In this document: piece by piece, positions 1 through 7,933 of the stretch
Position numbering within the stretch: position 1 is the stretch's first letter
Layout: each line of letters begins with the position of its first letter
Source: a virus
Lineage: Duplodnaviria; Caudoviricetes
Length of the DNA stretch: 64,000 bases
Direction: 5' to 3' (one strand)
Virus record (IMG/VR): IMGVR_UViG_2886218242_000014
Location: 622-64,621 of that record
The notes under the pieces: generated by a model
Told to the model about the DNA's origin: nothing
Databases searched by the model: none
What the model saw: the letters and a program-made list of their open reading frames with translations, nothing else
Made by a program: the position numbers and the translations under genes

Positions 1-297
1 TACATTAAGTTGCCTGCTCATGTGTTTAATGACCACAGAGGTAACCCACTCACAGTGAACGCTGTCAAGTTAATGTTCACCAGATTGTCTTCACGCATGG
101 GTTTCAAAACTACAGCTCACATGTTTAGGCATACCTATGCGAGCAACTGTTTAAGAGCTGGCATGGATATATACACCTTGAGTAAGCTTATGCATCACTC
201 CCAGATAAGAACTACTGAAGTTTACCTACATGCTTTCGGTAACTCGTTAGCTGAATCCAATGATAAGTATAACCCTCTCAATAGGTTTGACCTATAA
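1..297 (+). CDS. Tyrosine recombinase/integrase, C-terminal part (5' end outside window)
   Basis: AHMFRHTYAS and LMHHSQIRTTEVYLH catalytic HxxR / H / Y motifs. Confidence 0.9.
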   Translation, partial: YIKLPAHVFNDHRGNPLTVNAVKLMFTRLSSRMGFKTTAHMFRHTYASNCLRAGMDIYTLSKLMHHSQIRTTEVYLHAFGNSLAESNDKYNPLNRFDL

Positions 298-305
298 GTA
301 AACAC

Positions 306-347
306 AAAAGAGCCCTGCTCTAGTTTGGCGGCCAGACAGGACTCTTT
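306..347 (+). terminator. Probable intrinsic terminator after integrase
   Basis: AAAAGAG-CCCTG...CAGG-ACTCTTT inverted repeat right after the stop. Confidence 0.5.
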
Positions 348-434
348 CACAAAATAACTATGGAGCTATTTGCTTATATTGTACTACCCTAAGGTACACT
401 CTGCAAGTAACTCCTATTAAGGAGATTATTTACT

Positions 435-1187
435 ATGAAGGAACTACGAAAATATCAATCTTTTAATTCAATTACTGAGATGGACAATTCTATTAGTGAA
501 TACATGTCAGCGTACAAACTTAAAGAATCAGAGTACACAGTGTTATGGAAACTTGCTTGTTACTCATGCAAATTCATAGGAGTTAGCTACCTCAAGGTAG
601 ACTCTTTAGCTGATCTAACAGGTTACTCTAAGCGCACTATACAGCGTGCTCTCAAGGTTTTATCTGAACTAGGAATTATTACTCGTATCAACCAATTCAA
701 GCCAGTTAAGGGTGGCTATAGCGCTTCAATAACAGTGATCAATCCCTATGAGAGTCACCTTGCTAAGTCACCTTGTGAGGAATCTGTAGAGCCTACTCCT
801 GAGCGAATTGAGGAGCCTCCTTCTCATACAGATACAATTACTTACAAAACTAAAAGCTCTAAAGATAATACATACGTAGACGAGCTAGGCATAGATCACT
901 TAATTGCTGTTGGTGTTCCTGCTGAGTTCGCTAGCTTGGCTATCTCCTTCTTTGATGCAACTGAGGTGTACAAGTTATGGAGCCGTGTCCAATTAGCAGC
1001 ACGTAAACATGCACCTGACTTGGTGGAACTAACAGAGATCGCCGTCTCATCAGTACGAGCTAGTGTGCTGGCATCTAAGGTTAAACATGTGCGTGACTTC
1101 ACTGGATACTTCTACGGAGTTATCAGTCAGAAATTAACACAAGCTCAACGTTCTCTTAAGTGTCGTCTGTTTAACTTCCTTCAGTAG
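435..1187 (+). CDS. Winged-HTH replication initiator-like protein
   Basis: N-terminal HTH (SLADLTGYSKRTIQRALKVLSELGII), low-complexity linker, C-terminal FTGYFYGVI motif typical of Bacillus Rep-like proteins. Confidence 0.65.
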   Translation: MKELRKYQSFNSITEMDNSISEYMSAYKLKESEYTVLWKLACYSCKFIGVSYLKVDSLADLTGYSKRTIQRALKVLSELGIITRINQFKPVKGGYSASITVINPYESHLAKSPCEESVEPTPERIEEPPSHTDTITYKTKSSKDNTYVDELGIDHLIAVGVPAEFASLAISFFDATEVYKLWSRVQLAARKHAPDLVELTEIAVSSVRASVLASKVKHVRDFTGYFYGVISQKLTQAQRSLKCRLFNFLQ

Positions 1188-1256
1188 GATTACTGTAAGT
1201 AATAATCCATACCATCTGGTTGCTTTCTTATAGTGGTTACCCCTAGAGATGGCGCT

Positions 1257-1387
1257 ATCAGGTATATGCTCGATTGGATACTGGGTAGGCATTCAATCTG
1301 GTTCCTGTCCTACCTCTGTGGGTACAATCTATAGGTGACTTAGTAAAACTAAGTGAGCTGGCATCTCATCAGGCATATGCTCGATTG
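1257..1387. repeat. Two 20-bp direct repeats ATCAGG(T/C)ATATGCTCGATTG in the post-rep intergenic region (candidate origin or cis site)
   Basis: Copies at 1257-1276 and 1368-1387, one mismatch. Confidence 0.75.
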
Positions 1388-1646
1388 ATTACCCGTTAAG
1401 ATTGGTAACGGCAAAGAATGACCTCTCAGATTCCCTTGTATGAGATTCTGTGAGACAGACACTAGTGTTCGTACCTAAACAGGTTAACTTGCTTGTACAG
1501 TCTTTATGTGGACTCTGTGAGGAAGATACGTTTTCCGATCTCTAATGGTACCCAGACAGCTACTGTATATCGAGTGCGAAAAAAAGTTTAACAAAAGGGT
1601 TGCGCAACTTCTCGAATACGTGTTAAGATGATTTCAAGCAAGGGAG

Positions 1647-1844
1647 GTGACAAACTTGCAAGAGAAACAACTGAGATACTTCACTAAGATTATGGACGCC
1701 TACTCCCTAGATTCAATCGAGGAGGCCCAGAGGTTCTACAAACTGTTCAGCGCCCTCAAGTTATTACCACCGAGTAAACGCAAGGAACTAGTAGACTTAT
1801 CTTTTGAACGTATCAATGCAGGCAAATCCATTGTGGATAAGTAA
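1647..1844 (+). CDS. Hypothetical protein
   Basis: GGGAGG RBS before GTG; sigma-A-like TTGCGC...TAAGAT promoter at about 1600-1629. Confidence 0.6.
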   Translation: MTNLQEKQLRYFTKIMDAYSLDSIEEAQRFYKLFSALKLLPPSKRKELVDLSFERINAGKSIVDK

Positions 1845-1988
1845 ACACAAATAGCCCTACCTAGCGAACACCCTGAGAAAGTGGCTAGATAAGGCTATGC
1901 AATTCAGTCGAACCAATACAGGCTCTCCCTCCATAGTAACATGGGTAGGAATAGCTGTAAAGGTTCGACCTCAATAGGAGGCGATCTC

Positions 1989-2090
1989 ATGAACGAAGAA
2001 CTAAGAGAAGCCATCGTTGTTGTTAGTGGCTCTACAGCTTTCTTGTTTGGAGCTGGATACTTAGTCAGTTACTTAATCGTTAACTTCTAA
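1989..2090 (+). CDS. 33-aa hydrophobic microprotein (MNEELREAIVVVSGSTAFLFGAGYLVSYLIVNF)
   Basis: AGGAGG RBS 7 nt upstream; one transmembrane-like stretch; below ORF-track cutoff. Confidence 0.6.
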   Translation: MNEELREAIVVVSGSTAFLFGAGYLVSYLIVNF

Positions 2091-2128
2091 GCTTTCACCT
2101 ATCTCATAAAATACTAGGAGGAATACAA

Positions 2129-2347
2129 ATGAATACAATTGTACAGGTAACTAAAGAGGATATTGTTATGCACGAGATCGACACATTAGTATCTCATTAT
2201 CAGGATGCACTGGCTCGTGTTACTGATAATGAATGTGTAGTAGATACATTCCAACTAGGCATTATATACGTAGTAACCCTGAGAGCTGGCCGAATCTTCA
2301 AGGCTCTTAGCTTCAATCTACAAGAGTTGACTGAGGAGGCAAACTAA
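2129..2347 (+). CDS. Hypothetical protein
   Basis: AGGAGG RBS; 3' half duplicated at 2781-2917. Confidence 0.7.
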   Translation: MNTIVQVTKEDIVMHEIDTLVSHYQDALARVTDNECVVDTFQLGIIYVVTLRAGRIFKALSFNLQELTEEAN

Positions 2348-2448
2348 TGGCATATACTGTATTGACTGTCTTAGGAATAATTGGAATGAATGTGGCTATG
2401 GTGGTTATGAATTTAGAAGAAGACCAAACTAAGGGGGAACTCAAATGA
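2347..2448 (+). CDS. 33-aa microprotein with hydrophobic N-half (MAYTVLTVLGIIGMNVAMVVMNLEEDQTKGELK)
   Basis: GAGGAGG RBS, TAATG coupling upstream and ATGA coupling downstream. Confidence 0.55.
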   Translation: MAYTVLTVLGIIGMNVAMVVMNLEEDQTKGELK

Positions 2449-2765
2449 ACTTATTCAAACGAGTACTAGCATGGGAGAAACGTGAAAGAGAGAACCTATT
2501 CAGCCAGCTCAAGGGTGACATACAAACCCACAAAGACAGACTTGTTAGTGGCGCTGAGTTCTACCTAGACGGTGAACGCTGGATAGTAACTGGTATGTCC
2601 GATCTCAAGGTGGTTTGGAGCTACAGAGAAGCAAACAGACGTGCTCATACAATGACCAATCAATTGACAGGTGAGAAAGCTAAGTTGAACATGAACCACA
2701 TAAGTAAGATTAGAAAAGTTAGGTACAATCCAGTGACTAATGAGGTAACAGCCTTTGAGTATTAA
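2445..2765 (+). CDS. Hypothetical protein
   Basis: AAGGGGG RBS, translational coupling. Confidence 0.65.
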   Translation: MNLFKRVLAWEKRERENLFSQLKGDIQTHKDRLVSGAEFYLDGERWIVTGMSDLKVVWSYREANRRAHTMTNQLTGEKAKLNMNHISKIRKVRYNPVTNEVTAFEY

Positions 2766-2779
2766 CACTAAACTCACTA

Positions 2780-2917
2780 TCTCGTATCACCAATAAAGTT
2801 TGCAAAGTAGATACATTCCAACTAGGCCTTACGTATGTAGTTATCTTACGAGCTGGCAAAATCTCTAAAACTCTTAGTTTTAATTTAAACGAATTAACTG
2901 AGGAGGAATACCAATGA
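2780..2917 (+). pseudogene. 5'-truncated duplicate of the 2129-2347 gene, including its downstream RBS
   Basis: Reads SRITNKVCKVDTFQLGLTYVVILRAGKISKTLSFNLNELTEEEYQ versus ARVTDNECVVDTFQLGIIYVVTLRAGRIFKALSFNLQELTEEAN; no start codon in frame. Confidence 0.8.
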
Positions 2918-3192
2918 AAAAACGAATGGTTGTTTTCCTGTCCAGTATTATCCTGCTGAGCGCCTGCAACAGTTCAACAATCTCCGAAGATGAGTATAAC
3001 TCTCTAGAGGAAGGGATGACGCTCTCAGAGGTTGCAGATCTCGTGGGCGGTAACGGAGAGCGTACCAGCTCTAATGGCTACACAGACGTAACCTACGATG
3101 GTGACGGTGAGGAAACTGGTGAGATTGACTTTGCAGTTATGGTATTCGAAAAGGGTAAACTAAGAGTATGGGACCGAGTAGATAATAACTAA
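2914..3192 (+). CDS. Small acidic lipoprotein
   Basis: MKKR + hydrophobic stretch + LSAC lipobox; EGMTLSEVADLVG resembles DUF3862/SmpA-like folds. Confidence 0.75.
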   Translation: MKKRMVVFLSSIILLSACNSSTISEDEYNSLEEGMTLSEVADLVGGNGERTSSNGYTDVTYDGDGEETGEIDFAVMVFEKGKLRVWDRVDNN

Positions 3193-3227
3193 GGGGAATA
3201 AACCAAAATCTCTAAGGCACTCCCCCT

Positions 3228-3260
3228 GAGCTGACTCTCATTGAGTCGGCTCTTTTTTTT
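3228..3260 (+). terminator. Intrinsic terminator
   Basis: GAGCTGACTC-TCATT-GAGTCGGCTC followed by a T run. Confidence 0.85.
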
Positions 3261-3447
3261 CTCATCGATATCATTACGGTAATTGAAATTATATTTTGTA
3301 TTCATGTGAATACCCTTATGAGACCACCTACTGAGGTTACACCCGATGTTACCTATATGTATTTTCTCTGTAAGTCTATATTCCCCACAGACACCTACCC
3401 CTATGGCCATAAAAATAGGTAGCCTCTCGGGATAGAAGCTACCTCAG

Positions 3448-3531
3448 TTAACCAAACAGCCATATGAAAGCTATCCAAAAGACGGTATTAAAGAATGCAC
3501 CTACCATGACTCCTCTGTAGAGATCACTCAT
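3448..3531 (-). CDS. 27-aa hydrophobic microprotein (MSDLYRGVMVGAFFNTVFWIAFIWLFG)
   Basis: GAGGAGGT RBS; followed by a minus-strand terminator-like hairpin. Confidence 0.55.
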   Translation of the reverse strand: MSDLYRGVMVGAFFNTVFWIAFIWLFG

Positions 3532-3546
3532 CGACATTACCTCCTC

Positions 3547-3612
3547 TTATAGACTTATCACTAAAGCGTACACAAATCCTAACAGGAATACTGCTATAGC
3601 TAACTTGTCCAT
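3547..3612 (-). CDS. 21-aa hydrophobic microprotein (MDKLAIAVFLLGFVYALVISL)
   Basis: Directly follows the 3617-3871 ORF; AGGAGTG RBS-like sequence upstream. Confidence 0.45.
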   Translation of the reverse strand: MDKLAIAVFLLGFVYALVISL

Positions 3613-3616
3613 CTCA

Positions 3617-3871
3617 TCACACTCCTACGGCCAGCTCATAGAGAACAACTATGGCAGCAAGCAATATAGCTCCTCCAAACCATACAGCACCAGCTAGCAG
3701 GAACATCCCACCATAGATATACAAGTAGGACTTAGCTACATCCCACTTGTTATCCGGAGGAAAGCCTAGCTTCTTGAGGCCACTATTGCTCTTCTTCTTA
3801 CGAGCCTGCTCTAATGCCTTCCTGTCCTCTTCCTCTAGCAGACTCTTAAACCTGTGTTCTAGTTTGACCAC
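3617..3871 (-). CDS. Small membrane protein
   Basis: Charged N-terminus, C-terminal hydrophobic helices; GAGGAAGTG RBS. Confidence 0.65.
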   Translation of the reverse strand: MVKLEHRFKSLLEEEDRKALEQARKKKSNSGLKKLGFPPDNKWDVAKSYLYIYGGMFLLAGAVWFGGAILLAAIVVLYELAVGV

Positions 3872-4003
3872 ATTAGATCACTTCCTCTGATTGAATTAGA
3901 TTCATTAGTTCATCTCTTATAGCACCACATCGAGTACGGCATAGAAATTACCGACGCAACCAAGTACTACTTAGTCAGCTTCACTTCGACCACTGTAGCC
4001 ATA

Positions 4004-4249
4004 TTAATGACCTCCCTCTAGGATTACTAGTTCTTTGTTGGATTCAAAATACTTTCTTGATACCTTACGAGTACGAACGCTGTTGAGCGTTCCTCCTAGT
4101 GGCTCGATAGACTCCCTCACTAACCTCTCAGTGTTCCCTCTCAGTTGTACCGCTGCTAAGACTGGGTTACCCTCCATAGCCACACACTGTTGAGTTTCCA
4201 TGTGTTCGCCGTTCTCAATAAAGTTAACATTCACTTGGTAGTAATTCAC
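4004..4249 (-). CDS. Hypothetical protein downstream of satellite TMP
   Basis: GAGGTG RBS, coupled to upstream ORF. Confidence 0.7.
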   Translation of the reverse strand: MNYYQVNVNFIENGEHMETQQCVAMEGNPVLAAVQLRGNTERLVRESIEPLGGTLNSVRTRKVSRKYFESNKELVILEGGH

Positions 4250-4518
4250 CGTCTAACACCTCTTTTCTGTAGGTTAAGGTCTTGCTTCCCTTCTCTGGAG
4301 AGTGCGTGTCTTTTGTATTCAATCTCGCTTACTTCTCTAGGAGTAACACTAATGAGATCGCACTGAGTAATAACGAAAGCTTTCTCGTATGCTCGTTTGG
4401 TTGCCACCGAGTAGGCTTCCATCGTCTCGTTGATATCGTCCTCAGTTTGGAACATACGGCTATCTAGGAATCTCTCATTGTTTTGCTTGTAAGCTATGTC
4501 TATACAGAAATAATTCAT
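4246..4518 (-). CDS. Hypothetical protein downstream of satellite TMP
   Basis: AAGGAG RBS region; 90 aa. Confidence 0.7.
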   Translation of the reverse strand: MNYFCIDIAYKQNNERFLDSRMFQTEDDINETMEAYSVATKRAYEKAFVITQCDLISVTPREVSEIEYKRHALSREGKQDLNLQKRGVRR

Positions 4519-4560
4519 TGTCCATCTCTCCTTTTAATAACCAAGGAGACCGAAGTCTCC

Positions 4561-6885
4561 CTAGTATTTTCTAATTGATTGTTGTAAGCCACCATAGTCC
4601 ATTCTGCTTAAACCTTGCTCATAAGCTGTTCTTGTGACTCTCTGCTCTACAGTTGCTTTAAGTTGTTCTCCATTTACATCTACCTCGCCAGAAATACTAT
4701 GCTCGTGCTTATGAGTAACTGTGATAGCTGTCTTTCCTCCAGTGAATGCCTCTAAACCTGTACCCGCTAGAGCTACATTAGCCTCATTAGCAACCCCTTT
4801 GAAGGCACCTCCTACAGCACGTTCCATCGATCTCACTTGTGTTAATGCAGCTTCATACCACGTAGGGAAGAACGCTTCACCTGATTTGTCTAAGTCTGAT
4901 AGAGGCCCTTTCTTTGCTGGTGAGAACGGTAAGTAGGCACGAATGTTTTTCATACCTCTAGAGACAGCATCAGCAGCATCCCCAAATCCTTTCCAAATAC
5001 CATTTACGAACTCACTAAGTAACCCTTTACCTGAGTTGTAGAAGTCTCTGAAGTATCCAGTGAACTTGTTTACCATCTTTCTAATTCCGTCTCCTGTGGC
5101 GCTAACAGCATCGTTGAATCCATCTCTCACAGAGTTCTTTAATGCTCTTAGCATATCTGAGCCAGCTTCTCCAAAGTTACTTACCTTGTCTTTAGCAGCT
5201 TGAACCATATCGTTAAACTTCTGCTTAGTGTCATTCAGCATTCCTTGTAATTTATCTACTGTCTTACTCTTTAGTTCTTCGTATTTCTCGACAACACCGT
5301 TCTTCAAGTTAGTTACTTTCTGCTTAGCATCATTAACAATACTGTTCCACTTGTTAGCATTGTCTTGGAGGATACCTTGTATCTTATCGACTGCAGCTTG
5401 TTTCAGCTCCTCGTACTTCTCGACAACCTTATCTTTCATTTCCTGAGCTTTCTGTTTAGCATGGTCTACCGTGTCATTCCATTTCTGCTTAGTCTCATTC
5501 CACCACTGTTTAACAGCCGCAATCATCTGATCGTGAGCATCACCAATAGCCTTAGTCATTCCGTTCCAAGCATCCTTAACCTTGTCCCAAAGCTCCTGAG
5601 CATATTTCTTAACCTCATCCCAGTTTTGATATAGGAGAACGCCAATAGCGATTACTGCTGCAATGGCTGCTACTACCCAGAACCAAGGAGAAGCCAACAG
5701 CGTCATACTCAACCGACCTAGCAACTTGATAGCGTCAAGTATCCATGAACCAAACAATTTACCTATCTCGATTACCTTATTGATAGCCTTTCCTGTATCA
5801 TCAATCCATGTAGCTACACTAATAAGAATGCTGAATGTTTTGAAGCCTGCCCAGAGAGCTGCTACTAGAGGGATTAACCAATTAGCATTATCTACTACGA
5901 ACTGGATAGCATTGCTCACTAGACCTAAAGCAGTATCAAGAGCGCCTGACTCTCTAGCCCACTCCATGAATCTATTAGCTAACTCGAATACCTGTATAGA
6001 TACTGGTGCTAACGCTTGGATGATATCCCACAGAGTCAACACTAAGTTGCCTATGAATTGCATAATGACTGGCGTACTCGTCTTAACAAAGTTAACGAAG
6101 TCTTGGAAGGCTGTATTCGATTGTAATCCTGCTGCCCAGTTAGCGAACTTCTGAGTCAGATCTACCATGCCATTCCCTAAGTCCATACCTAGTGGAGTGA
6201 ATGCTATCATAATGTCGCTGAACCCCTTGAGGATATTACCAGCAGACTTCATTACCATTTCGAACATCGGAACCGCAAAAGTATTCATATGCTCGAAGAA
6301 CTTATCAGCTTTACCTTGAGTGATACCTTCGTTCATTTTGCCTATCATGTTGGAAAATGATTGTCCGACTCCTTGGAAAGAAGGGAACAATTTAGTCATT
6401 GTTAATCGGAGAAAATCTGTAGAGTTAGCTATGAGGTTTAACGTAGTAGGAGCCATTTGATTTTCCATCTCTCGCCAAGCATCACTGAGGTTGTTGATAG
6501 CTACTACAGCTTTCTTTTCCTCATCGGTGAGGCTCTCCATGATGGCTTGTATCAGAGCCATTTGTTTGGCATAACCTTTCGTGTCACCTGCTATCAGGGC
6601 TGCGTTAGCCTTGAGTTGAGCTTCCTCTAATTGGTTTGCCTTCTCCACAGTCTTCATTATTGTAGTAGTCGCTAAAGCACCAAACCCTGCAGCCGCTATA
6701 CCAGCAGTACCAAACAAGGAAGCAACTGCTCCGAGTCCACCTAACAGAGCTGGAGTCATTGCGCTTGCTGCTATCGTGATACCGCCTATGATGGCTGCCA
6801 TCTTCTTCGCTTCCGAAGAGGTTTGTCTGAATTGACCGCTAGCTCTATCTTGAGCTTGAATTATAATATCTATCACTGAGGCCAT
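4561..6885 (-). CDS. Tail tape measure protein, second (satellite) copy, 774 aa
   Basis: End-to-end similarity to 19553-21886 (ASVIDIII.AQDRAS... to ...GLQQSIRKY), Trp-periodic helical repeats. Confidence 0.92.
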   Translation of the reverse strand: MASVIDIIIQAQDRASGQFRQTSSEAKKMAAIIGGITIAASAMTPALLGGLGAVASLFGTAGIAAAGFGALATTTIMKTVEKANQLEEAQLKANAALIAGDTKGYAKQMALIQAIMESLTDEEKKAVVAINNLSDAWREMENQMAPTTLNLIANSTDFLRLTMTKLFPSFQGVGQSFSNMIGKMNEGITQGKADKFFEHMNTFAVPMFEMVMKSAGNILKGFSDIMIAFTPLGMDLGNGMVDLTQKFANWAAGLQSNTAFQDFVNFVKTSTPVIMQFIGNLVLTLWDIIQALAPVSIQVFELANRFMEWARESGALDTALGLVSNAIQFVVDNANWLIPLVAALWAGFKTFSILISVATWIDDTGKAINKVIEIGKLFGSWILDAIKLLGRLSMTLLASPWFWVVAAIAAVIAIGVLLYQNWDEVKKYAQELWDKVKDAWNGMTKAIGDAHDQMIAAVKQWWNETKQKWNDTVDHAKQKAQEMKDKVVEKYEELKQAAVDKIQGILQDNANKWNSIVNDAKQKVTNLKNGVVEKYEELKSKTVDKLQGMLNDTKQKFNDMVQAAKDKVSNFGEAGSDMLRALKNSVRDGFNDAVSATGDGIRKMVNKFTGYFRDFYNSGKGLLSEFVNGIWKGFGDAADAVSRGMKNIRAYLPFSPAKKGPLSDLDKSGEAFFPTWYEAALTQVRSMERAVGGAFKGVANEANVALAGTGLEAFTGGKTAITVTHKHEHSISGEVDVNGEQLKATVEQRVTRTAYEQGLSRMDYGGLQQSIRKY

Positions 6886-6969
6886 TTAGTAATCACATCC
6901 TTATGTTTATGAGAACGACAAATAAGCCCACCTGCAAAGTAGGCTAGTAAGATCCGTCCTCACTAGTTC

Positions 6970-7614
6970 TTATTTTTCCATCCCATCAAACAAGCTATTG
7001 AATAAATTTACGTTCGTAGAGTTAGATGAGTTCTCACGAGACTTCTTAAACTTACGAGACATACCTAAGTCGTCAAGTAACTTGATAGCCCTGTTCTCAA
7101 AGTCAACCATTGAGACCTTCTCATTGACTGCATAGCTCATCGACTTACCATTCTTTCTCCAACTCTTCAGTGTATTGATTAGAGCTAGGTCAAGTTTAGC
7201 AATGTCTAGGGGATCTAAGTCTTCGTAGTTATTCTTGTACCACTCCATAGTGTCGCTATACCAGTCCTTTTCCTCCTCGGTTAATGTCGCTAAGAAGTCT
7301 TTCTGATACAACCCATGTATTGGCTGTCTCCCTTTAGCTAAGTTTTCTTTCATTTTGTTTTTTCCCTCCTCTGTAGTTGCTCCTGTACTTTTACCTCCAT
7401 GGAAACAGCAACGCAGATTCTTCTCATTAGAAGGAATACGAGTACACACTTCTCCGCTACCCTTGATAGCTCCGCATATAGACGACTCCTTCTTGAGAAA
7501 CTCCTTAACGAGTGCCATCTCCTCAGAATCCTTTTTAAGATCTCCGTTAGCTAGACCTGATTTAATGTTGTCTATGTACTTTTGGAGATCCTTCCTTAAT
7601 TTCTTTTTAGCCAT
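6970..7614 (-). CDS. HGGxSTG-domain protein, putative terminase small subunit (satellite copy)
   Basis: ICGA...C...RCCFHGGKSTG; paralogous to 52684-53400, shared LFDGM tail. Confidence 0.7.
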   Translation of the reverse strand: MAKKKLRKDLQKYIDNIKSGLANGDLKKDSEEMALVKEFLKKESSICGAIKGSGEVCTRIPSNEKNLRCCFHGGKSTGATTEEGKNKMKENLAKGRQPIHGLYQKDFLATLTEEEKDWYSDTMEWYKNNYEDLDPLDIAKLDLALINTLKSWRKNGKSMSYAVNEKVSMVDFENRAIKLLDDLGMSRKFKKSRENSSNSTNVNLFNSLFDGMEK

Positions 7615-7615
7615 A

Positions 7616-7933
7616 TTATTTCTTCCTCTGGCCTAGACCTAGGCTAGCCATATACTTATCGTAATAAGCTCGGTCTTCCTTGCTCATCTCGATAGGCTTT
7701 TCTTTCTTGCCGATGCTGATTAGGTACTCATCGTATTCCTTTTTGAACTTAGCCTGTTCGTTAGCTTTCTTTTGTTCAGCAAATGCTTTCTTGTCTTCCT
7801 CAAGTTGTTTGTTCATTCGGTCAATCTTTTCGTTAAACTCTTTGAATCGTCTCTCTAATTTCATTTGTGCAACCTTCTGTTGTGCGTTCATATTGTTTCC
7901 TCCTCGCTTGTTTAATCTGTATGAGAAAGCCAC
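7616..7933 (-). CDS. Charged coiled-coil hypothetical protein (likely start ATG 7891)
   Basis: GAGGAGG RBS before MNAQQK; K/E-rich helix. Confidence 0.65.
   Translation of the reverse strand: MAFSYRLNKRGGNNMNAQQKVAQMKLERRFKEFNEKIDRMNKQLEEDKKAFAEQKKANEQAKFKKEYDEYLISIGKKEKPIEMSKEDRAYYDKYMASLGLGQRKK

Noticed and set aside
1365-1372. CTGATGAG hammerhead-like core on the minus strand
   Set aside because: No matching GAAA and three-stem arrangement found nearby.
1962-1969. GGTTCGAC tRNA T-loop-like sequence
   Set aside because: It is one arm of a long hairpin; no cloverleaf. I found no tRNA in the window.
4561-6885. Second TMP as an assembly duplication or inversion of 19553-21886
   Set aside because: Many synonymous differences, indels and a diverged middle show an old paralog, not a copy.
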